Positions 41,331-53,000 of a stretch of 64,000 nt of DNA are shown here, one piece after another. The DNA comes from Octopus vulgaris (Eukaryota). The notes beneath the pieces are model-generated. The model did not search any database and was not told the DNA's origin. It worked only from the letters and a program-made list of their open reading frames with translations. A program made the position numbers and the translations under genes. The DNA lies in NCBI GenBank assembly GCA_951406725.2, contig OX597824.1, positions 33,108,001 to 33,172,000 of the forward strand, given 5' to 3'. Each line of letters begins with the position of its first letter. The stretch's first letter is position 1.

Positions 41331-44006
41331 ATGGACATGTGTGTATATATGTATGTTATGTGTGTGTGTGTCTATCCACATATCTATTTATATATACTGT
41401 GTTGTTGGTTATAATTATTCGTTCAATGTATGATAATAAATTTGTTCTTGTTTACAGACATTAGTTCCTCCTGATACATTTAAATCTGCATTTCCTCCTA
41501 TTTTTAATCCAGTAAGTTATTCTATTCATTCATTTATTTAATTATTCAATTAACTTGCCTGAATGTTTCTGTTAATTCCTTTGTTCATTTTATTGCATTT
41601 ATAATCACCGTGTTAATTCATCAGCAAAGACTGTCTGAAATATAATTGTAGCTGGCCAATCCTACATCTTTCACAGCCATTAACATGAGTTTTGTAGACC
41701 CTGATTCACTGTTATTCTCATCTATCAGTCATACAGGATCGATTTCTTGATTCAGGGAGCCATTACAAAAGCATACAATACTTCAGTTGAACATGGTCTA
41801 CAAACTTTTTATTCCTTCAGTCATTTACCACTGTTATACATCAGATTAACCTCCTAAATTGGTAACTTCTTCACTGATAAAGGATGTATATGTATATAAC
41901 ACCTATCTTTCAAACTCGGTGATTGGCATCCATTGCTAGTGGAGCGCTAAGAGTACCATACAAGTGAGATTGTTGCCAGAACAACAAGCTGACTTTTATG
42001 CCGATGGCACTAACACACCATTCAAGCGTGATTGTTACCTGTGTCGCCTTACTTGCACTTGTGCTGGTGGCACATAAAAAAACATTCGAATGAGGTCGTT
42101 GCCAGTGCTGCTGGACTGGCTTCTGTGCAGATGGCACATAAAAAGCACCATTTGAGCGTGGCCATTGACAGTACCACCAAACTGGCTCTCATGCTGGTGG
42201 CACATAAAAGCACCCACTACACTCTCAGAGTAGTTCACGTTAGGAAGGGCATCCAGCTGAAGAAACTCTGCCGGATCAAATTGGAGTCTGGTTCGCCAGA
42301 CCTCAGTCAAATCGTCCAACCCATGCTAGCATGGAAAGCAGACATTAAACGATGATGATGATGATGATGATGATCTTTCACCTCTTCATTTCAAGATAAA
42401 AGATCTACCTTTAATTCTTGTTGGAGGAATTCTTTCCCTTACAATCTCACTCCACTGCTACTCAAGCTGCACCCTAACTTGCTTGTCTTTTCTCCTATTA
42501 TCACCCATAATGTGTAACTTATACTGTGTGAAACTTCATATTGACCACTTAGCTCAGCTCTTTGTTCTAAAATTTCAATCTTCTAGAATCCCCTCCCAGA
42601 CCAAAAAGAGTAGATTCTTTCAAGAAATTTTTAATTAATCTTCAAAGTTAACTTACATGCTTACAGGAAGGAAAGTCTGGTATGTTGGTTTCCAACAAGG
42701 TGCATTTAAGGACATATTTCAGTCCGTTGGACTTCATCAGCACAGTAGCCTAACCAAATCTGTGATTCAGTTGACATAGATTTTTACTAATAGAAAAAGA
42801 GTTACAAATAATTTCTGAATTGTAAAATTTGCATAATCAAAAGTATAATGCATTGAGAAAAATAATTGAAATGGGTTAATGGCATGAATTAGGTAATTTA
42901 TTAAATTAAATAGCGATGTGTTGATATTTCAATTAATTGGGAATTTTTTTATATACAGCATTTAGTACATTACATTTTGAATTAATTATTCATAGTCATG
43001 CCATTGGTCTATTTAAGTTGTGTTCCTTAGCTCATTTGTGTTTAAATAGTATCAGCTTAGATTGGTAATGATTTTGAATATAATTCCACAGTCATATGAT
43101 TTGAAAGACAATTTTTTCAAAAATTGCTTATCTGATACCGTAGTACAAGAAATGTTTAGACTCTTTGAGATTGCTTCTTGTAAATATCCTCTAAAATACT
43201 GCCATTATCATGACAGTCTCCCCTTTTGCTATCAAAAGTTAATCTATGAACACACCAAACAATATCCTAGTTATTGATTTCATTAATCGAGCAACAAGCT
43301 AATTTGTACTGTTCAAGCTAGAAGTGATTATTTAATTGAACTGATAGTGTAGAAATCAATTATAGCAGTTCCTTAACTGACTGTTGCAATTGAAACTGTG
43401 AATGCGATATTGGTTGATTTGTAGGTTAAACTGGGGAAGTCAAAGATAATTTATATATAGATAATTTATATATAGACAATTTATATATACATACACATAA
43501 TTAAGTTATGTTTATGTAAGCATAACAAGAGCATAAAAGTGTTATGTGGGTTAAATGTCTGTGTATTCATGTAGAACATGAAATAATGGTTTTCAATTTT
43601 AGCCCAAGGCTAACAGTTTTAGTGGGAAGTGGTTGATGCTACTGATCATTAGTACTTGACTGGTATCTTATTTTATTGACCCCAGAGAGTGAAAGGTAAA
43701 GTCAACTTTGGTAGCATCAGAATATAAACAACTGGAAGAAATGCCTTTAAACATTTTGTCTGATGTGCTAACGATTCTGCCAGCTCCCTGCCTTAAGAAC
43801 AAGAAATAATAAAAAAGATGGAGAGCCATTCCAAAATTTAGTAACTGCTCCTATGAAAGAGACAAAGATCTTTGGTGGGTTCTTGAAAGACAAGCACAAT
43901 ATTTTCGTGAAAATGCAAGAATAAGATTAGACGTTTAAAACAGCATTTAAAAGTATCAGTAAGCACTCCAAGAATTTGTGTGGTGGTGGTGGTGGTGGTG
44001 GTGGTG

Positions 44007-44042
<36 letters not shown>

Positions 44043-45284
44043 GTTGTGGTAGATGTATTGAAACAGCTATTTTTTTATTACCCATAAATGTGTAATTTTG
44101 CTTGAATTTGTTTTAAAAATTGTATTTGATGAAATTTTGCTTGCATTATGTTCCAGAAAATTCCATTTATCTCTAAAATATTGGGTGGCTTAAATCGCCA
44201 AAGAATAATTACATTTAGTGGATATCCATCCAAATTCAATCCGAGAAGGTAAGTGTTATTAAGTTATCTCTTTGGTTACTTTCTCATTTTTATTTAAGAA
44301 AACTGCATAGATTTAGTTGGACGATTTGCTGATTGCGGAACAGAATATGTATCGGCAAGAGAATGGATGAGGATTACTTTTGAACTCCTTGAACTATACA
44401 TACAAGGTGTCCCAAAATTCACTGATGGGTTTCAGTTTTTAATAACTTCCTTAACTTTGCAAATAAATACATGAAATTTTGATGCAACAACTTGTGTAAA
44501 CAAACTTTTTTTTGTTTTTGGAAGCATCATATGAATCATAAAGACAAGAAAGTAATATTTCAAATGCAGTATAATGGAAATTAATATGCACAAGTCAAAT
44601 TTTGTAACACTACTACATCACATATGAAAAAATGACATTGCTTAAATGCCGGTCATTTTCAGCTTCGCATGCCTGTGCTCTTTCCAAAACTTGCACCATA
44701 ACACCCTCAAGAGTTTCAGACCCCACTTCTCTGGTCTGTCTATTGATGTTCTCCTTCAGTTGCACCAGGGTCTCCAGTTTGTTGATGTAAACCCTCTCTT
44801 TCAGGTATCCCCACAAGAAAAATCCGGGCTAGTCAAGTCTGGGGAACATGAAGGCCAGTTAATATTGCCGTAGTGGGAGATTATTCTCACTCCAAAGCAC
44901 TGCCATAGCAACTGCATTGTTTCTCTTGTGGTATGACCAGTTGCCCCATCTTGCTGGGACTGTGTGTGTGGTCCACTTTGAATGGCCTTCACATTCCCCA
45001 GACTTGACAAGCCCATATTTTTCCTTGTGGAGATACATACATACATATAAAGATAAGATCCAAGGATCAAGGTGTAGGAATTTGGGAACCTTCAAGCAAT
45101 CCATAGAAGATATAAAAAACACAACTTTCAGGAACATTAGTGATTTATTGGTGCAGAAGGTTGTCAATGTTTCCTGTATCAAAGCGCAAAAATGCTGAAA
45201 AAAGTTAATTTTATAGTTCATGGTTAGTAACTGGGGCTGCTGTATATGCAAATGAACATAAAAAATTTTGAATGTTTATTTGCA

Positions 45285-45330
<46 letters not shown>

Positions 45331-46141
45331 GGATGGAATTTATAAACATTTAATGCATTGCTACGCATGTTTCCACAAATCACATGACTTTTGAGATCTC
45401 TGTATTCTTCGGATGATTACAGTGTAGTCTGTAGTATCCTTATATTTATCCTACATTATATTAGTATAACTTGATGCAACCCCAAAAAACTGGTTCACTA
45501 GTCAGCATCATTAGATAGTGACCGGCATTATGGAATAGGAATTTTATTTGCATGTTCAAAATATTACCATAAACGAATTTAAAAGATAAGGTGCAGGAGT
45601 GGCTGTGTGGTAAGAAACTTGCTTCCCAACCACAGGGTTCTGGGTTCAGTCCCACTGCATGGCAACTTGAGCAAGTATCTTCTACTATAGCCTCGGGCTG
45701 ACCAAAGCCTTGTGGATTTGGCAGATGGAAACTGAAAGAAGCCCATCGTATATATATATATGTATGTATGTATCTGTGTGTCTGTGTTTGTCCCCCGACA
45801 TCACTTGACAACCAATGTTAGTGTGTTTATGTACCCGTAACTTAGCGGTTTGGCAAAGAGGCCAATAGAATAAGTACTAGGCTTACAAAGAATAAGTCCT
45901 CTGGTCAATTTGTTCAACTAAAGGTGGTGCTCCAGCATGGTTGCAGTCACATGACTGAAACAAGTAAAAGAATAAGAGAATATAGGTGTAGTTGTATAGT
46001 AAGAAGCTCACTTCCCAACCATATGGTTCTGGATTCAGTCCAACTGCATGGCACGTTGGGCAAGTGTCTTCTACTACAGCCTCAGGCTGATCAAAGCCTT
46101 GTAGGTGGATTTGGTAGATAGAAACTGAAAGAAGCCCGTTG

Positions 46142-46195
<54 letters not shown>

Positions 46196-47814
46196 TATGT
46201 GTGTGTGTGTATATTCGTGTTTGTGTCTGTGTTTGTCCCTCCCATCATTGCTTGACAACCTATGTCAGTGTGTTTACATCCCTGTGACCTAGTGGTTTGG
46301 CAAATGATACTGATAAAATAAGTACTAGGCTTACAAAGAATAAGTCCTGAGGTCGATTTGTTCAACTAAAGGCGGTGCTCCAGCATGGCGGCAGTCAAAT
46401 GACTGAAGTAAGTAAAAGAATAAAAGAATATCCCTTGGACACAAAGACCTGTTGAGGCAAGCGAAGTCGATATAGAACCTCATCCGACGACAGGCACCCA
46501 TGCCAACCCCCTTTGCTTGTGAAGACATGTTGGGGCAAGCGAAATCGAAATCGAATTGAACCAGCCAGGATCCCTGGTCTGGTGGTACGTAAAAAGCACT
46601 ATCCGACTCGTGGCCGATGCCAGCACCGCCTCGACTGGCTTCCGTGCAGGTGGCACATAAAACACACCAATCCGACCGTGGCCGTTGCCAGCCTCGCCTG
46701 GCACCTGTGCAGGTGGCACGTAAAAAGCACCCACTACACTCACGGAGTGGTTGGCGTTAGGAAGGGCATCCAGCTGTAGAAACATTGCCAGATAAGACTG
46801 GAGCCTGGTGCAGCCTTCTGGCTTCCCAGATCCCTGGTCGAACCGTCCAACCCATGCTAGCATGGAGAACAGACGTTAAACGATGATGATGATGATGATG
46901 ATATATATATATAGAAAAGAAAGTTATTTTATTCCTCCTAGGTAGAAGTATAGGAAAAATAGAAGTTGAAAATGCTCTGAGTACTAGACAGATTCCACTG
47001 AGTGGACACATAGATATATGTGCAAAAAATAAGTCCACCAAATTGCAGGTCTTCCCACTCTACCTATGTTTTAAACAAAGAAAATGCATTCAAACAAAAG
47101 TTCAAACCAAGACTTTACAAACTTCAACAGAGTACATACACAAATAACTATTCACACATAAAATTCATCCTGCCATTTATCATGAGGAAGCTACACTGCT
47201 AACAACCTAAATATTAGCCACTGGGCTACATACAAATGACTTCAGTCCATTCTCCCAACAGATAGAATAAATTTGGAACGCCTTGATTATAGCTAAACAT
47301 GTTCACTCAACCGTGCTGGCCTTCTTTTTAGGCGTAAAATATACTGTCATTTGACACTAATGCATGAACGTAGCGGGAAATGTAAAAAAAGGTTATAAAC
47401 TTGATAATAATAATACTTAATACTATGTTCATTTTCTACAAACACTTGAGAGAAAACATACAGAGCATTGATTGTTGGGACACGGTCAACCAACTGTGTC
47501 AGCTTTAAATTACAACACTAAACATTGTCACTTGATACTAACACGCAAACATAGCAGGGAACCTATAAAAATTTCTAAGACCAATTATGTAACTATCCAC
47601 TATCAATCAAATCTTATTCAAAGCATATACTAATTTGAGCCATGAACTCCCACACGGAAGTCAGAAATAAGACAGCTGCAAATAAGCTATGTCTTTCTGT
47701 TTAAACTTTTTGAAAATCAGTGTAAACTGTGAAACTAGTTAAAGCTTTAAATATATCAATAAAAAATATTTTAACTATTTTCAGTGCATTTCAACTTCTA
47801 TTTTTCATATATAT

Positions 47815-47870
<56 letters not shown>

Positions 47871-48140
47871 CAAAAGAAAAACAGGACGCAAAGGATTTTG
47901 CGGTACATATGTTTTGGGCTTTATCGAACAACTTATTCTTATATCAATGCATAATTGATATAACAGGTAGATCAAAAGCCTTCTTCAGCTGCGTACAATT
48001 ACCACACCAAAGACATGTATCATATTATAACAGATTTGAGAAAAAGTTTGAGAAAAAACCGAGTTTCATTGGGAAAGTAAATCCTCGTAGGCGTACATGG
48101 TATTGCGAGACTCCAAAACAAATTGTCCATACCATTTTTT

Positions 48141-48174
<34 letters not shown>

Positions 48175-48433
48175 CATATATATATAAATTAGAAAAAAAA
48201 CAGCTTTCATCAATTCAATAATGAAAATTTAAATTATACCATCTAGAAAATTACATATTATAGAAAGATTAAATACAAGATAAAACATATAATGATGATT
48301 AAGTAATATACAAAATAATTGAATTGATGAAAAGTGGGTTTTTTTCTAATTTATATATATTATATTTTGTGAAAATTGATTTAGTATTTCTAAATTGAAT
48401 TTTTCCCTGTAAGTTTGGAATAATATTCTCTCA

Positions 48434-48482
<49 letters not shown>

Positions 48483-48484
48483 TC

Positions 48485-48515
<31 letters not shown>

Positions 48516-48851
48516 ATATATATATATATAATTGAAAACCAAGGGGAGAGTGGAGATTTATTCACTTCCAAAACTTTCTTATTAAAAAGTTTTCTGCGGC
48601 ATATATAACAATGTCCAACATATGTTTATACTGTGGCAACTACACATTGCTCTGTATGCAATTATGCATCCTAGTCGCTGCAGCTTCATCAGGGGTCCAT
48701 CACTTACGACGTTTTCAAAATGAACTGATTCAAACAAGCTTCCTGCGTTGGTATTCAGTTGAAGGTTATAGCGTTACTTTTAAAATCGAATTGAATTCTG
48801 GTCTTATATTCACCTCTACTGGTATTACAGATGGAACGTGGTTTAAAATGT

Positions 48852-48898
<47 letters not shown>

Positions 48899-50038
48899 TA
48901 TATTAAATTAGAGATTAAAAAAAAAATTAGATAAATAAATTAATTAATTAATTAATTAATTAATTAATTAAATAATATATAAATATAAAAATATACATAC
49001 ATATATATATATATATTTGTATATATATATAAAATTTATAAGTTTAAATTATTTAAATAATTTTTTTATTTTTAACTTTTATATTTTTAAATTAATTTTA
49101 TGTATTGGCTTATGTTTTTCACGGTTTGATTTGCCTAATAGTGGTTTTATCTCTAATTCAATATAATATAATATAATATATTTATACTATAAAATTGGAT
49201 TTAATCCTAAATCTCATTTTCCCTGTAAGTTTGGATTTATTCCCTAATATTATATATATATATATATACATATATCACCGTGATCACCGTGACTGACCAG
49301 GCTATCAGATGTTGCTACACATCGCTGGTCACAATGCACTTCGCATTGTTTTAGCCTTCAAATGACACCACCCCACTGGCTAAGCGAGCAGGCCAACAGA
49401 AGAAAGTGTGAGAGAAAGTTGTGGCAAAAGAGTATAGCAGGGATCGCCACCTCTCCCTGCTATGAATATATTCCTTCTTAGCCAGGACTGGGAAGCCAGG
49501 GATAATATGATTTATTGTTTCTTGTCCATCTCCACATATTCTGCAGTTATTTGTTATGTTTCTTTTCATTATATATTTTTGGTAATTTCTTGTGGGAAGG
49601 TTTTGGTCTTGTGCTGCAATTAAAAATCCTTCAGTCTCTGCTTTGAGTCCTGAGCTTCTCAACTGTTGCTGGGATTTTTCTCTGTCTATCTCTTTTGCAT
49701 TTAATTTAGCCCAGTATTTGCCACCATTTTATCATGGTCCATTGCTGTTCTAGTTTTAGTTTGGATTTCATTTGTTTTATAGCTTTTGCTGTTTCTTCTT
49801 CTTCTTCATATTTGTTACAAAGTATGACTTCTTTGTATTTGTCAGCTGAAAGTAGTTTTTTGTTTTGCTCGTGTTTTGTGACTATTTGTATTAGTTTTCC
49901 TTGCTTCTGAAGTAGGTATTTTTGCAGTCCTTTGGTGGTTATTTTATGATAGTTTTCCAGCTGTATAAGGCCTCTACCAACTTCTATATATTGGATATAT
50001 ATAGCCTTTCTATGTCAGATTTTGGTTTGTGAATATCA

Positions 50039-50091
<53 letters not shown>

Positions 50092-53000
50092 GCAAGGATT
50101 TAGCATAACAAACAGAAAAAGTTAACATAAACATAACAAACGGAAAATTTGACAAAAAACATAACAAATGGAAAATTTGACAAAACCATACCAAACACAA
50201 AATTTGTAGCGAATTCCTCATCAGTCAATGTCCGAGAGAACATAATGATTTCATGCCATTATCAATGATATTGTTCACTCTAGTGGTGCCGGTTGCAAAA
50301 GCCACTGGGAATACCTAACAAATGTACAGGATAGTGGCAAAAACAAACAAGACAAATTAAAATAATTATACTAATTATACATATTGGCACAGGAATGGCT
50401 ATAGGTGCAGGAGTGGCTTTATAGGCACGGAGTGGCTTTATAGGCACGGAGTGGCTGTGTGGTAAGTAGCTTGCTTACCAACCACATGGTGCCTTGGGCA
50501 AGTGTCTTCTACTATAGCCTTGGGCCAACCAAAGTCTTGTGAGTGGATTTGATAGGTGGAAACTGAAAGAAGCCCATCATATATATATTATATATATATG
50601 TATATGTTTGTGTGTCTGTGTTTGCTCCCTCACCATCGCTTGACAACTGATGTTGGTGTGATTACGTCCTGTAACCTAGCAGTTTGGTGAAAGAGACTGA
50701 TAGAATATGTACTAGGCTTATAAACAATTTGTTCGACTAATGGTGGTACTCCAGCATGGCTGCAGTCAAATGATTGAAATAAACAAAAAGAATAAAGAAA
50801 AAGGATATACAAAAAAAAAATGCTGTGCAGCTACCAGGCAGATGAGTATAGGTAATGCAAATGAAAATGAAGATGACCTATACGACAAGAGACAGAATGG
50901 GAGATAGAAAGTCAGAATGAAAGAAGAAGTAAACAAACTGTGTAGGAAAAAGGCGAGCTGGCAGAAACGTTAGCATGCCAGGTGAAATGCTTAGTGGTAT
51001 TTCGTCTGCTGTTACGTTCTGAGTTCAAATTCCGCCAAGGTCAACTTTGCCTTTCATCCTTTCGGGGTCGATAAATTAAGTACCAGTTATGCACTGGGGT
51101 CGATATAATCGACTTAATCCATTTGTCTGTCCTTGTTTGTCCTCTCTGTGTTTAGCCCCTTTTGGGTAGTAAAGAAATAGGTATTTCATCTGCCGTTACA
51201 TTCTGAGTTCAAATTCTGCTGAGGTTGACTTTGCCTTTCATCCTTTCGGTGTCGATAAATTAAGTACCAGTTATGCACTGGGGTCGATATAATCGACTTA
51301 ATCCATTTGTCTGTCCTTGTTTGTCCTCTCTGTGTTTAGCTCCTTTTGGGTAGTAAAGAAATAGGTATTTCATCTGCGGTTACATTCTGAGTTCAAATTC
51401 TGCTGAGGTTGACTTTGCCTTTCATCCTTTCGGTGTCGATAAATTAAGTACCAGTTATGCACTGGGGTCGATATAATCGACTTAATCCATTTGTCTGTCC
51501 TTGTTTGTCCTCTCTGTGTTTAGCTCCTTTTGGGTAGTAAAGAAATAGGTATTTCATCTGCGGTTACATTCTGAGTTCAAATTCCGCTGAGGTTGACTTT
51601 GCCTTTCATCCTTTCGGGGTCGATAAATTAAGTACAAGTCTGTCCTTGTTTGTCCACTCTATGTTTAGCCCCTTGCGGGCAATAAAAAAAAATAAGGTGA
51701 AGGAACACAAAGAAGCATGACTGACTTGATTAACAGCAAAGCGATAAAGGATAAGAGAGGCTTTGATGGTCACAGGTCACAAGGTAGTGGGAGGATAGAG
51801 AAAGAGTTGTGGAAGGCAGAGGGACAGAAGCAATGGACAAGAGTATTGGGAGGGAAAGAAAGAGAAAGTCAGAGAGAGAGGGGGAGGTAAAAGAGAGGCA
51901 AAAGAAAGAGACAGAGTTAGACATTGCACAAAAAATATTCCAAGAATATTTTATAAATGGGTAAAAAAATATAAGGAGTGCGTTGCATGACATAAATAAT
52001 ATTTCAAGGATTTAACATGGCAAATGGAAAAATTTGACAAAAATTTAAACAAGTGGAAAATTTGACAAAAACATAACAAACAGAAAATTGAGTGAGAGTG
52101 TGTATAAATGAGTGTGTGTATATGTGTTTCCTTGTTTTTAACGCTCATTAGTTGTAAATGAGTGTAACCGTTGTATAAGCAGTGTTATACATTTCCAATA
52201 TTCTGTAAAAACATATTTGGCATTGAGTAAATATTTCCTTTTTGGGAACAAGTGTTTGCAATAGGAAGGGTTTCTGGTCATAGAACCTGCCTCGAAAACT
52301 CTATGTGACCCTTGCAAGCTTGGGGAAATGACAATGACAGTGGTCGTGGAAACGGCGATAATGATGACAACAGACATAATCAAAGCTTTAATAAATATAA
52401 TCAAGCTATGTTTTTTTTCTCTAATGAATTAATTTAATGATGAATTTAGCGGTAAATTTAATTTAATGATGAATTAATTCTCTTATGAATTTAATGGTTA
52501 CATCTATTCAACAAACTAATTTTTCATGTCTTTCTAAATATCAAATAAAATATTTCTTCATTTGCTCTCTTTTTCTCCATTTTCCACTAGGTTTACTGTG
52601 AATTTCAACACTGACAGAGATATTGCTTTCCATTTTGATGTTCGCCTTAGTCCTGACTATAATGTTATTCGTAATTCTTACATAAAAAAATGCTGGGGAG
52701 AAGAAGAAACTTATAAACCTTCTTTTCCTTTTCGACCGGGTATTGGATTTGATTTGATGTTCACCATTGAACGTTACTGTTACAGAGTAAGTATATCAGT
52801 TCTGAGAAATCTCTTGTTTATCTTTTATCATTTCTTTGTTTCCGTCATTAGAATGCAGCCATGCTGGGGCACCAGCTTAAAGAATTTTTAATCGAATGAA
52901 TCGACCCTCAATTACTTATTTATTCTTTTTAAGCCTGGTACTTGTTCTAGCACTCTCTTTTGCTGAAGTGGTAAGTTACAGAGACATAAACAAACCAACA

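Noticed and set aside
50205-50240. CUGAUGAG on the minus strand, also CUGAUGA at ~20928
   Set aside because: No downstream GAAA with helices II and III, so not called as hammerheads.
50952-51690. CRISPR-like regular repeats
   Set aside because: Contiguous 184-bp SINE-derived units with no unique spacers and no cas genes.
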